From: a virus | Taxonomy: Duplodnaviria; Caudoviricetes | Virus record (IMG/VR): IMGVR_UViG_3300031519_000098 | Span: 1-34,952 of that record | Reading direction: 5' to 3' (one strand) | DNA: 34,952 bases | Part shown: piece by piece, positions 1 through 9,223 of the stretch | Numbering within the stretch: position 1 is the first letter of the stretch | Layout of the letters: each line of letters begins with the position of its first letter | The notes under the pieces: model-generated | Database searches by the model: none | The model's input: the letters and a program-made list of their open reading frames with translations, nothing else | What the model was told of the DNA's origin: nothing | Position numbers and translations under genes: made by a program

Positions 1-1
1 T

Positions 2-1495
2 TGCCTTAAGGGTGTGGTGAGCGAGGCGAAGTCAAAGGACGGAGCCAACACGATCCTGCAGAAGCAATTCCCTGGCGGGAGCCTGAGCCTGGTAGGTGCC
101 AACAGTCCGCGTGGCTTTAGGCGTGTGAGTAGGCGAGTGGTGCTATTTGATGAGGTTGACGGCTACCCACCCTCGGCTGGCACTGAAGGCGACCAGATCA
201 AGCTTGGCATTAGGCGCACTGAGTATTACTGGAACAGAAAGATCGTTGCTGGTTCAACGCCAACGGTTAAAGATTTCAGCCGTGTAGAGCGAATGTTTCT
301 GCAGGGTGATCAGAGGCGCTATTTCTTGCCATGCCCTGACTGCGGTCACATGCAGTATTTGAAATGGGCGAATATGAAGTGGCACGACAACGACCCCGAC
401 ACTGCTAGTTACTGCTGTGAGGGCTGTGGAGTATGGATCCCAGCCGCAAAGAAACGTTGGATGGTTGAACGCGGCGAGTGGCGGCCCACCGCGCCTGGTA
501 ATGGTAAGCATGTTTCGTTTCATATTTGGGCGGCGTATAGCTATAGCCCTAATGCGAGCTGGTCAACGCTGGTTGAAGAGTTCCTTGATGCGAAAAACGA
601 CGCAGAGCAGCTAAAGACATTCGTGAACACTGTTCTGGGCGAGACGTGGGAAGACGAATATGCGTCGAAGGTGGGTGCAGATGCTCTCAGCGAACGCTCA
701 GCTGAGGAGAAGTACAAGCAGGGTGTAGTGCCCACGGAGACTTTGCTGTTGACTGTCGGCTGTGATACGCAGGATGATCGATTGTCGCTCAGTGTTTGGG
801 GATGGGGTCGTGAAGAGCAGGGTTGGCTGATCGACAGAGTGAAAATTTACGGTGACCCGTCAAGGAAAGAGGTTTGGAAGCAGTTAGATGAGATCGTGCA
901 GACCCCTTACAGGTCGGAAGACGGTCGCGAGTTGAAGCCAATGATTGTGGCAATTGACTCTGGCGGTCACCACACCAGCGAGGTGTATCAATACGCCAGG
1001 GAACGACAGAGCCTAGGAGTTGTTGCAATCAAGGGTATGTCAACTAAAAACAAGCCGCCAATTGGCAAGGCAAGCAAGGTTGACCTGAATGCCAGTGGTA
1101 AGACCCTTAAGAAAGGTGCGCAGGTGTTCCCGGTGGGATCGGACACGATTAAGTCATTATTGTTCGGAAGGCTGAAGCACAACGATGTGGGCGCAGGGTA
1201 TTTGCATTTTTATCCAACAGTCGATAAAGATTATTTCGAGGAGCTGACTGCAGAAAAGCAGGTGCTCAGGTTCAGGAATGGTTTCCCTGAAAGGATTTGG
1301 GTCAAGAAGAGTAGCGCAAGGAATGAAGCATTGGACGAACTTGTTTACGCATACGCAGCATTGAATCGGGTGTATCAAATTAAAGACCGCCGAACGCTAT
1401 GGGATCAGTTGGAGCGTTTACCTGAAGAGCGCAAGGATTCCAAGCCGTCCAGTTCCTCCAAAAGAACAAGAAAGAGTTTCATTAATCAGTGGTAA
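2..1495 (+). CDS. terL: Terminase large subunit, lambda GpA family (5'-truncated)
   Basis: Walker B-like VVLFDEVD, GSTPT motif, CPDC/CEGC Zn motif, nuclease motifs GCDTQ, AIDSGG, RNEALD; frame is open from base 2, so the real start lies upstream. Confidence 0.95.
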   Translation, partial: CLKGVVSEAKSKDGANTILQKQFPGGSLSLVGANSPRGFRRVSRRVVLFDEVDGYPPSAGTEGDQIKLGIRRTEYYWNRKIVAGSTPTVKDFSRVERMFLQGDQRRYFLPCPDCGHMQYLKWANMKWHDNDPDTASYCCEGCGVWIPAAKKRWMVERGEWRPTAPGNGKHVSFHIWAAYSYSPNASWSTLVEEFLDAKNDAEQLKTFVNTVLGETWEDEYASKVGADALSERSAEEKYKQGVVPTETLLLTVGCDTQDDRLSLSVWGWGREEQGWLIDRVKIYGDPSRKEVWKQLDEIVQTPYRSEDGRELKPMIVAIDSGGHHTSEVYQYARERQSLGVVAIKGMSTKNKPPIGKASKVDLNASGKTLKKGAQVFPVGSDTIKSLLFGRLKHNDVGAGYLHFYPTVDKDYFEELTAEKQVLRFRNGFPERIWVKKSSARNEALDELVYAYAALNRVYQIKDRRTLWDQLERLPEERKDSKPSSSSKRTRKSFINQW

Positions 1496-1499
1496 GAGT

Positions 1500-1505
1500 T
1501 AGACT
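1500..1505 (+). promoter_or_regulatory. Putative -10 element (TAGACT)
   Basis: TAnnnT hexamer in the intergenic gap, 25 nt before ATG 1531; same placement recurs before other gene blocks. Confidence 0.4.
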
Positions 1506-1530
1506 GCTGAATATCAAGTGCTCTTTTTAG

Positions 1531-2118
1531 ATGGGAATCCCTCCATCCATAACTAGCGGCGTGGATGCGGTGTGGACTGATTCCGAGACCGTTGACGTTT
1601 TCGGAGATGCTGTAACCAGCTCAACCCATAGTCTTGTTTATTATTTTCGACTGAATACAAACGCGCAAGGCTTAACAGCAGCATCAGTCCCTTACAACAG
1701 CGGCTGGAAAACAACCTTAAGTGCGTCTGATACTGCATCAGTCAACGCAAGCCCTGATTGGTTTTTTCAGGCTGTATTAACTAAAATCAGCGACAGCACG
1801 ACTCAGGAATACAGTCGAGGCCAGGTTGAGCTTCAGCCTTCTTTGTCCTACACAGGCTCACCCGGAGCATTTGACGGCAGGAGTCAAGCGCAAAAAGATC
1901 TTGATGCCGTAAAGGCAGCGATTCGAGCTTTGCTTGGTGGGGGTGCAGTTCAAGAGTACAGAATCGGGACGCGCAACTTAAAGCGGTACGATATTTCAGA
2001 GCTTTTAGTATTGGAGACTAGGCTGAAATCAATAGTTGCAAAAGAAAACAAGGCTAAGATGATCGCTTCAGGATTAGGCGATCCTAAAAATCTGTATGTT
2101 CGCTTTGGTCAAGCCTGA
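1531..2118 (+). CDS. Head-tail adaptor, gpW-like C-terminus with extra N-terminal beta-rich domain
   Basis: Between terminase and portal as lambda W; C-terminal VQEYRIGTRNLKRYDISELLVLETRLK resembles gpW. Confidence 0.65.
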   Translation: MGIPPSITSGVDAVWTDSETVDVFGDAVTSSTHSLVYYFRLNTNAQGLTAASVPYNSGWKTTLSASDTASVNASPDWFFQAVLTKISDSTTQEYSRGQVELQPSLSYTGSPGAFDGRSQAQKDLDAVKAAIRALLGGGAVQEYRIGTRNLKRYDISELLVLETRLKSIVAKENKAKMIASGLGDPKNLYVRFGQA

Positions 2119-3599
2119 TGGGATTAAGAACAAACTTACTTAGAAGATTCGGCCTTCAGCCTATCCCTAAAGACCTGCGCAGACGTAGGCGTAATTATGC
2201 AGGCGCTGTTGTTTCTCGTTTAACTAGCGATTGGATGAGCACTCAGGCGAGTGCTGACGCTGAAATCCGTACAAGCATAAGAAAGCTCCGAGACAGATCT
2301 CGGGAGATGGTGCGGAACAATCCGTATGCCAAGCAAGCAAAGAGGACCACGCAAGTCAATGTTATTGGCAGTGGCATCAAGCTTCAATCTCAAGTTCAGC
2401 AACTAAGGGGGAGAAAGCTAAACGATTCGGCTAATCGCTTAATTGAAGAAAAATGGCGCTTCTGGACTCGCGGCGAGAACTGCGATGTTGCTGGAAAGCA
2501 CAGTTTTCACATGATGGAATGGCTTGCTACTGGTGCATTGCCTGAGTCAGGTGAGGCTTTGTTCAGAATCATTAGGCGTCCGTTCGGCAGCAGCAAGGTG
2601 CCATTGGCGCTTGAAATGCTTGAGTCTGACGTATTAGATGAGGAATACCAAGGGCCGACCCTCGCTAGGCGCAATGAGTGGAGGATGGGAGTTGAAATCA
2701 ATGAATGGGGACGCCCAGTACGTTATGCGTTTTTAACTCGACACCCTGGTGATTATTGGTTCCAAAATGTTTCCGAAAAAGAGGGGAAGCATGTATTCCT
2801 TCCAGCATCAGATGTAATCCATTTGTTTTTGCCAGAAAGGCCGCAGCAGAATCGCGGAGTGCCTTGGTTCCATTCCGTGATGGCTGACGCGCATCAGCTG
2901 CAAGGATACGAAGAAGCCGCTGTAATTCGTGCTCGCGCTGGCGCAAGTGTTATGGGCTTTGTCACTAGCCCAGAAGGCGAGCTTGACGGCGATGATGTTG
3001 AAGACAGCCGCAGAATTAGCGAGTTTGAGCCTGGCATGTGGAAGTATTTAGAGCCTGGCCAGAATGTTGAGGTTCCAAATATCAGTTCACCGGACCAGCA
3101 GTTTGAGATGTTTGTCAAAAACAAGGTTCGCCGTTTTGCTTCAGGCTTTGGCTGCAGCTATGAAACTTTGTCGCGTGATTTCTCAGACACTAACTACAGC
3201 AGTAGTCGTTTGAGTCTGCTCGAAGATAGAGAGCATTGGAAGGTAGTGCAGAGCTATTTAATTGAAAACTTTCACATGAGGGTATTCCGTGAGTGGCTTG
3301 GCTTGGCTGTGCTTGCTGGAGAGCTACCGTTTTCCGATTACGAGGAAAGGCCAGAGCGATACGACACGCCTAGATGGATGGCTCGCGGATGGGATTGGGT
3401 CGATCCTCTTAAAGAGGCTAAGGCTTACCGTGAGATGGAAAATGCGGGGTACTATACGAAAGCTCAAATTGTCTCAAGACTCGGCGGAGACTTCTTCGAC
3501 AACTTGAGTGAGATTGCAATGGAACAGCAAGCAGCCCGTGATCTTAACGTTGAGCTTGATCGTGACATTATTGAGCAGCCCCCGGAGGTAATTGATTAA
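2118..3599 (+). CDS. Portal protein, lambda family
   Basis: LRDRSREMVRNNPYA, GVEINEWGRPVRY, QNRGVPW, NYSSSR, WVDPLKE motifs; 493 aa; position. Confidence 0.95.
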   Translation: MGLRTNLLRRFGLQPIPKDLRRRRRNYAGAVVSRLTSDWMSTQASADAEIRTSIRKLRDRSREMVRNNPYAKQAKRTTQVNVIGSGIKLQSQVQQLRGRKLNDSANRLIEEKWRFWTRGENCDVAGKHSFHMMEWLATGALPESGEALFRIIRRPFGSSKVPLALEMLESDVLDEEYQGPTLARRNEWRMGVEINEWGRPVRYAFLTRHPGDYWFQNVSEKEGKHVFLPASDVIHLFLPERPQQNRGVPWFHSVMADAHQLQGYEEAAVIRARAGASVMGFVTSPEGELDGDDVEDSRRISEFEPGMWKYLEPGQNVEVPNISSPDQQFEMFVKNKVRRFASGFGCSYETLSRDFSDTNYSSSRLSLLEDREHWKVVQSYLIENFHMRVFREWLGLAVLAGELPFSDYEERPERYDTPRWMARGWDWVDPLKEAKAYREMENAGYYTKAQIVSRLGGDFFDNLSEIAMEQQAARDLNVELDRDIIEQPPEVID

Positions 3600-6061
3600 T
3601 GCCATTTATGCCAAACGATGGGATGCGTGAAGAAGCGCAGCGTTATAAAAAGTGGAAAGAGGGTGGAATGAAGGGAGGCACTGAAGTTGCTTCTCGTCGT
3701 GCGACTCAAATTTTGAGCGGTAATGAGTTGAGCGATGAGACAGTAATCACGATGAGCGCATGGTTTGCGCGTCACGAAGTAGACAAGAAAGCTGAAGGCT
3801 TTAGTCCAGGCGAAGAGGGTTATCCTTCTCCTGGCAGAGTTGCTTGGGCCGCTTGGGGTGGCGACTCTGGTAAAACATGGTCAGACCGTATTGTTGAATC
3901 TATGGATCGTGCAATGAATCAAGAAGAAGTTCGCGCCGAACCTGACGCTTTAGATGTTGGAGATTTTGTGCGGTGGAGTTCCTCAGGGGGCAACGCTCAG
4001 GGTCGCATAACAAGGATCGTCCGTGATGGCCAGCTAGAGGTTCCTGACGCAGATGTGACTATTAATGGAGAGGAAGACGATCCTGCTGCATTAATCAGAA
4101 TTTATCGCGAAGGCGATGAAGGCTGGGAAGAGACTGATGTTTATGCAGGACACAAATTTAGTACACTGAGAAAGATCGAAGCATTACGCGAAATGGAGGT
4201 ACAAGAAGAGGTGCATTATGCCGCTTTTGACAAAGAAGAGGGGAACGTTTCACGCGACCTTGAGGGCAAAACCTTTCAACGATCTGAAGCCACAAGTTTC
4301 AGAATGCTTGATGAAAGGAGCATGGAGTTTCCATTCAGCTCTGAATATCCCGTGGCTCGTTACTTTGGAAACGAAGTCCTGAGCCATGAAATGACAGCCG
4401 CAAATCTTGAGCGGCTTAATGATGGCGCACCGCTTCTTTATAACCATGATCCAGATCGCATGATCGGCGTTGTCGAGCGTGCATGGATTGATGGCGAGAA
4501 AAAGCGTGGTTATGCCAAAGTGCGTTTTTCGCGCAATAAACTTGCGCAAGAAATGCTCGACGACGTTCGCGATGGAATAATTCGCGGCGTTTCTTTCGGT
4601 TATTCCATTGATAAAATGGAGGAGCGCGAAAGTGAGTTCGTAGCCACGAATTGGCGAGGCTACGAAATTAGTTTGGTCAGTTTACCCGCTGATCCAACTG
4701 TCGGGATTGGGCGCTCTTTAGTAGAACCCAATACCGAAATCAAACTCGAAGTTGATCGTTCTTTAGAGGACGTTGACTCCGATACCAAAACTGCGGCTTC
4801 GACCGCATCTCCCGTAAACACAGTGACTGAAGTCATGGAAAGCACCACAACTGATGTGGAGGTGATCCGGTCCGAGGCCGTAGAGGCCGAACGTAACCGG
4901 ATTGCATCCATCAACAAACTCGGTGAGCGTCACAACCTCTCCGATCTCGCACGCGAACTAATTTCTGGCGGCAAATCCGTCGATGAGGCTCGCGCTGCTG
5001 TCCTAGAAAAAATCGGAACTCAACCCGTGGAACACAGCATCACCGCCAACGACATCGGCCTCTCCGATAAGGAGACCCGGAGCTTCAGCTTCGTCAAAGC
5101 TCTGAACTATCTCTCTAACCAGGGTGATGCTAAGGCTCGTCGCGATGCAGCATTTGAAATTGAAGTTGGCGAGGCTGCTGCTAAGCAGTACGAGCGTTCT
5201 TCAAACGGCATCGTCATTCCCAACGAGGTTCTACGTCGCGATTTGGTTGTAGGCACACCTACAGCTGGTGGTGATTTGGTTGACGATGTGCTTCTGGCTG
5301 GATCCTTCATCGATCTGCTTCGTAACCGTCTGTCAATTTCACAGGCTGGCGCAACGATGCTGACGGGCCTCCAAGGCAATGTATCAATTCCTCGCCAGAC
5401 AAGTGCGAGCACTGCTTACTGGGTTGGCGAAAACGCTTCTCCTACCGAATCTCAGCAGGCCATTGATCAGGTGAATATGACACCCAAAACCGTGGGTGCA
5501 TTTGTTGACTATTCAAGGCGTCTTCTGCTTCAAAGCAGCATTGACGTTGAAGGCATGATCCGCAATGATCTTGCTCGCGTGATTGCGCTTGAAATTGACC
5601 GCGCTGCTGTTTACGGCACCGGCTCTTCTAACCAGCCTCAGGGCCTGACCAACGTCAGTGGTATTGGATCTGAGACCCTTACAGGTTTCGGGACTTTTGA
5701 AGAGATGATTGCTATGGAGACTGACGTTGCAGCCGCTAACGGTGATATTGGCGCAATGCGTTACATCATCAATGCTTCTGCTCGCGGTGCTCTTAAGTCA
5801 ACCAAGAAAGATGCTGGCAGCGGTGATTTCGTTTACGAAAACGATGAAATCAACGGTTACCCCGTAATTGTTTCCAATCAGTTGCTCAACAACGATGCAC
5901 TGTTTGGTGATTTCTCACAGTTCGTGATGGGCATGTGGTCAGGCTTGGATCTGACTGTTGATCCTTATGCTGGCGCAACTGCTGGCACCGTTCGCGTTAT
6001 TGCCTTGCAAGACATTGACTTCGGTGTTAAACAGCCTGCATGTTTCTGCTTCGCTAGCTGA
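3599..6061 (+). CDS. Prohead protease (HK97 type) - major capsid protein fusion with two additional N-terminal domains
   Basis: Protease motifs PLLYNHD, GVSFGY, EISLVSLPADPTVG (aa ~238-372); HK97-fold capsid motifs (AYWVGE, GTGSSNQPQG, LFGDFS) in the C-terminal half. Confidence 0.92.
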   Translation: MPFMPNDGMREEAQRYKKWKEGGMKGGTEVASRRATQILSGNELSDETVITMSAWFARHEVDKKAEGFSPGEEGYPSPGRVAWAAWGGDSGKTWSDRIVESMDRAMNQEEVRAEPDALDVGDFVRWSSSGGNAQGRITRIVRDGQLEVPDADVTINGEEDDPAALIRIYREGDEGWEETDVYAGHKFSTLRKIEALREMEVQEEVHYAAFDKEEGNVSRDLEGKTFQRSEATSFRMLDERSMEFPFSSEYPVARYFGNEVLSHEMTAANLERLNDGAPLLYNHDPDRMIGVVERAWIDGEKKRGYAKVRFSRNKLAQEMLDDVRDGIIRGVSFGYSIDKMEERESEFVATNWRGYEISLVSLPADPTVGIGRSLVEPNTEIKLEVDRSLEDVDSDTKTAASTASPVNTVTEVMESTTTDVEVIRSEAVEAERNRIASINKLGERHNLSDLARELISGGKSVDEARAAVLEKIGTQPVEHSITANDIGLSDKETRSFSFVKALNYLSNQGDAKARRDAAFEIEVGEAAAKQYERSSNGIVIPNEVLRRDLVVGTPTAGGDLVDDVLLAGSFIDLLRNRLSISQAGATMLTGLQGNVSIPRQTSASTAYWVGENASPTESQQAIDQVNMTPKTVGAFVDYSRRLLLQSSIDVEGMIRNDLARVIALEIDRAAVYGTGSSNQPQGLTNVSGIGSETLTGFGTFEEMIAMETDVAAANGDIGAMRYIINASARGALKSTKKDAGSGDFVYENDEINGYPVIVSNQLLNNDALFGDFSQFVMGMWSGLDLTVDPYAGATAGTVRVIALQDIDFGVKQPACFCFAS

Positions 6062-6066
6062 AAAAC

Positions 6067-6294
6067 ATGAAGGTTGAGATCACACGGGGAGTGATGATCA
6101 ACGGGGAGTCTGTGAAAGCAGGCTCCTTTATTGAAGTTGATCAGCAGACAGCAAATATTCTTCTTAATAGCGACAAGGCAAAAGTCGCTGTTGAGAAGCC
6201 AGCACCTGCTGTTAGTAAAGAGGCTCCTTCTTGCCCACCTAAGCCTCCTTCAAAACGAGGACGTTCAAAAAATTCTCTTGGAGAGGAACAATGA
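6067..6294 (+). CDS. Small head-associated protein with Lys/Pro-rich tail
   Basis: Directly after the capsid gene; short beta-rich N-terminus, basic low-complexity C-terminus; ATGA overlap with next gene. Confidence 0.6.
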   Translation: MKVEITRGVMINGESVKAGSFIEVDQQTANILLNSDKAKVAVEKPAPAVSKEAPSCPPKPPSKRGRSKNSLGEEQ

Positions 6295-6662
6295 CAATTC
6301 TTTCTGTTGGCCTAGAAAAGCTTTCGCATTTTGCGTTAGCACCAACAGCTTCGCGCACATCGGCTCTTAACGGAACCGCTGTTGACCTGAATGATTACGA
6401 AGGCGACATTTGCGTCATCCTCGATGTTGAGAATGGCGGAACATCGACCTTGGATGTCAAGATCCAATCAGCGGACACGTCTGGTGGCACTTATTCTGAT
6501 GTTACTGACGCTGCGTTTACTCAAGTAAGCACAAGCGCAAGTAAGCAGACTTTAGTGTTTGCGAAAGGTAGCGCCAAGCGTTACATCAAGGCTGTTTCGA
6601 CAGTATCAACTTCAACTCATACCTATAGCGTCAATGCTTTTGGTGCTTTGAAGTACGCCTGA
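6291..6662 (+). CDS. Putative capsid cement/decoration protein (jelly-roll, Bbp16-like)
   Basis: LDVKIQSADTSGGTYSDV...KRYIKAV pattern; lies upstream of the head-module terminator. Confidence 0.55.
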   Translation: MTILSVGLEKLSHFALAPTASRTSALNGTAVDLNDYEGDICVILDVENGGTSTLDVKIQSADTSGGTYSDVTDAAFTQVSTSASKQTLVFAKGSAKRYIKAVSTVSTSTHTYSVNAFGALKYA

Positions 6663-6673
6663 TAGTCTTACGT

Positions 6674-6696
6674 GCCCGGTTCGTCCGGGCCTTTCT
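6674..6696 (+). terminator. Intrinsic terminator-like hairpin after head genes
   Basis: GCCCGG-ttcgt-CCGGGC followed by ctttct (weak U tract). Confidence 0.6.
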
Positions 6697-6697
6697 C

Positions 6698-6982
6698 ATG
6701 GCATTTGTTGAAGATTTAAGCGTTTTCCTGGACATCGACGAGTTTGCGGTTCCTGTCGTCGCGGGATCTGTTTCTGGCGTAGGCATATTGGACATGCCAA
6801 GTGAGATTATTGCTGACGGAGTGGTTCTGACGACTGACTACAAGCTGACTTGTGAATCGTCAAAGTTTGGGAGTTTGTTGCACAGCGATGCGGTATCAGT
6901 CGATGGTGTCAATTACACTGTTAGAAGCACGAACTTTCTTGATGACGGAAAGTTCGTTGAGATTATGCTGATGAAGAGCTAA
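6698..6982 (+). CDS. Head-tail joining protein (gpFII-like)
   Basis: 94 aa, beta-rich, VSVDGVNYTVR...DDG pattern; position. Confidence 0.65.
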   Translation: MAFVEDLSVFLDIDEFAVPVVAGSVSGVGILDMPSEIIADGVVLTTDYKLTCESSKFGSLLHSDAVSVDGVNYTVRSTNFLDDGKFVEIMLMKS

Positions 6983-7305
6983 TGACTATTGAACTCGGTT
7001 ACTTTTCTGAGAACGCCAAGAACATTCACTTTTGGGAACCTCTTACTGCTGATGGATCGACTCCTGCCGTAAAACTTGCCGGAACCAGTTACACCTTTGT
7101 TGACAAAATTATTGGTTCCAATATTACAACTGTTCACGAAGGATCTCTAAACGGAACGGACTGGTTTGAGCTTGAGACTCATTCTCATAGTGGAAGCGGT
7201 ATTGATCATCATACTTATGCGAATAAACCTGTGCTTTATGTAAGGTCGACTGCTTCTTCTATTGGTGCGGGTCAGTCTTACGAAGGTTCTGTGATGTGTG
7301 ACTGA
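6982..7305 (+). CDS. Hypothetical virion protein (beta-sandwich)
   Basis: TAATG/TGATG-coupled on both sides; HEGSLNGTDWFEL...VLYVR pattern. Confidence 0.55.
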   Translation: MTIELGYFSENAKNIHFWEPLTADGSTPAVKLAGTSYTFVDKIIGSNITTVHEGSLNGTDWFELETHSHSGSGIDHHTYANKPVLYVRSTASSIGAGQSYEGSVMCD

Positions 7306-7733
7306 TGACTACTAGACGCGAGCAAATTTTGTCCCATATCGCCACGACACTGGCAAGCACTGCTGGCGTTAGCGGGAGAGTATACAGATCCAGGGTTACC
7401 GCGTTCGCTAGAGCTGAATCTCCTGCGATCATCGTGGAACCAACTGTTGACACCTGTCAGCAGAACACAAGCCTGCCCAAGCTTGACTGGACTCTAAGGG
7501 TCAGAGTTATCGTTACAATTCGATCACCCAATGCTTACACGGACGCTGATCCCGTAATTGAATCACTGCACTCATTGTTAATGGCAGACCTGACCCTTGG
7601 TGGGTTGGCTATTGATGTTCAGCCTGTAATCACTAATTTTGATTTCTTTGATGCTGATCAGCCTGCAGGTGTTTTCTCTTGCGATTACGAAGTGCTTTAT
7701 AGAACGCAAGTAGGAGACCTTACTCTTTACTAA
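7305..7733 (+). CDS. Tail terminator / tail completion protein (gpU-like)
   Basis: MTTRREQIL...RVYRSR...ESPAIIVEP...YEVLYRT pattern, 142 aa, just before tube. Confidence 0.7.
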   Translation: MTTRREQILSHIATTLASTAGVSGRVYRSRVTAFARAESPAIIVEPTVDTCQQNTSLPKLDWTLRVRVIVTIRSPNAYTDADPVIESLHSLLMADLTLGGLAIDVQPVITNFDFFDADQPAGVFSCDYEVLYRTQVGDLTLY

Positions 7734-7736
7734 GGT
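7731..7736 (+). promoter_or_regulatory. Putative -10 element (TAAGGT)
   Basis: TAnnnT, 22 nt before ATG 7759. Confidence 0.3.
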
Positions 7737-7758
7737 TTAAGCAGTTGCAAGGATTACG

Positions 7759-7995
7759 ATGAAAGACGAGTACAGCGGTCAAGGTGGGTCGTATTTTCTC
7801 GATCCAGAAACCGGAAAACGCACTCTGATCAAGCGAACACTTCCCGCCGACCCCCCACAAGAAAATGGCACCACTTCTTCTACGCAAACGACTGATTCTG
7901 GTAGAGACAGAATCTCTCTACGGAGTCGATCCGACTCCAACCGGAACCGACGCGGTTTTGGTGAGGGATCTGAACATCACCCCGCAGCAAAGTGA
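7759..7995 (+). CDS. Small hypothetical protein overlapping the tail tube gene
   Basis: First 35 codons fill the gap before the tube gene and look protein-like (GQGGSYFLDPETGKRTLIKRT); remaining 131 nt overlap the tube ORF in another frame. Confidence 0.55.
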   Translation: MKDEYSGQGGSYFLDPETGKRTLIKRTLPADPPQENGTTSSTQTTDSGRDRISLRSRSDSNRNRRGFGEGSEHHPAAK

Positions 7996-8803
7996 AGTTG
8001 TTGGACGTGATTTAATCCGTCCTTACTTAGGCGCTTCTGAACAGTTGCTGGCTAACACTCGCGTTGAATGTACTTTCAGCGTTGAGTTAGCGGGGTCTGG
8101 CACTGCTGGCACCGCGCCTCAGTACGGCAAGGCTCTTCAGGCATGTGGCTTTAGCGAGACCGTTGCTGCTGGCGTCAGTGTTACTTACGCGCCAGTTAGC
8201 TCATCATTCAGCTCAGTCACTATCCACTACAACATCGATGGTGTCCGCCACAAAGTGACTGGCGCTAGAGGAACCTTTACTTTGAACGGAAGCGTAGGTG
8301 AAATTCCCACGATTGATTTTACGTTTACTGGGATCTATAACGCTCCTGACGATTCAGCACTGCCTAGCGTCACCTACGCAAACCAAGCAACACCGCTGAT
8401 CTTCAAGAACGGCAACACAGACACCTTCTCCTTGCTTTCTTACTCTGGCTGTCTGCAGTCAATTAGTTTAGACATTGGTAACTCTGTCGTTTACCGCGAG
8501 TTGATTGGATGCAACAAGGAGGTGATCATTACTGATCGCCAAGCCAGCGGAACCGTGAGTATGGAGATGATCTCTATCGCCACGAAGGATTATTTCACTG
8601 CTGCACTGACTGACAATGCGCTGGGCAACCTCACGTTCCAGCACGGCACAACCGCAGGAAACATTGTTGACTTTGCTAGCACCAGGATCGACATCGGGGA
8701 CGTGAGCTATGCCGACCAAGACGGCATTGCGATGCTCAACATCCCGTACACTGCGATTCCCTCTACTGCTGGGAATGATGAGCTGAGTTTAGTGTACACT
8801 TGA
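7865..8803 (+). CDS. Major tail tube protein
   Basis: 312 aa, Thr/Ser/Gly beta-rich, between terminator protein and chaperone; followed by a terminator. Confidence 0.85.
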   Translation: MAPLLLRKRLILVETESLYGVDPTPTGTDAVLVRDLNITPQQSEVVGRDLIRPYLGASEQLLANTRVECTFSVELAGSGTAGTAPQYGKALQACGFSETVAAGVSVTYAPVSSSFSSVTIHYNIDGVRHKVTGARGTFTLNGSVGEIPTIDFTFTGIYNAPDDSALPSVTYANQATPLIFKNGNTDTFSLLSYSGCLQSISLDIGNSVVYRELIGCNKEVIITDRQASGTVSMEMISIATKDYFTAALTDNALGNLTFQHGTTAGNIVDFASTRIDIGDVSYADQDGIAMLNIPYTAIPSTAGNDELSLVYT

Positions 8804-8835
8804 TCCGAGGGAGCCAAGGCCCTTAGTGGAACCAT

Positions 8836-8862
8836 GGCCGTGTTGGAGAGCACGGCCTTTTT
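8836..8862 (+). terminator. Rho-independent terminator after tail tube
   Basis: GGCCGTGT-tggaga-GCACGGCC then TTTTT. Confidence 0.8.
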
Positions 8863-8869
8863 ATTGCTG

Positions 8870-8875
8870 TAAGCT
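8870..8875 (+). promoter_or_regulatory. Putative -10 element (TAAGCT)
   Basis: TAnnnT just after the terminator, 21 nt before ATG 8897. Confidence 0.4.
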
Positions 8876-8896
8876 AATTGCAGTTAAATATGCTCA

Positions 8897-9223
8897 ATGG
8901 CTTTCGTTCGTAAAAAGGTCAAGACTTTCAAATGGCCCGTGAAAGTTGAGGAGCCTGCCGATGGTGGAGTTTTTGAGACTTCAACTTTTGATGCAGTTTT
9001 TAAGCGTGTTCCAAGGTCTGAGTTTCAGAAGCTCGCCGATAAAGGCGATTTCGATCTACTTAAGTCCGTATTGATCGGATGGGACGGTATCGAGGACGAA
9101 GAAGGCAAGCCTGTACCGTTTGCTCAGGCAACTATGAAAGAATTTGCTGATGATGCTTATTGGATTCGCGGTGTGCTGCAGGCTTACACCGAGACGTTTG
9201 AGGGGGCCAAGCTGGGAAACTAA
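8897..9223 (+). CDS. Tail assembly chaperone (gpG analogue)
   Basis: VLIGWDGIEDEEGKPVPF motif; ends ...LGN-stop on a slippery heptamer; between tube and tape measure. Confidence 0.88.
   Translation: MAFVRKKVKTFKWPVKVEEPADGGVFETSTFDAVFKRVPRSEFQKLADKGDFDLLKSVLIGWDGIEDEEGKPVPFAQATMKEFADDAYWIRGVLQAYTETFEGAKLGN
9214..9220 (+). other. -1 programmed ribosomal frameshift site G GGA AAC
   Basis: X XXY YYZ heptamer in correct phase immediately before TAA; -1 frame open to 9564. Confidence 0.88.
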
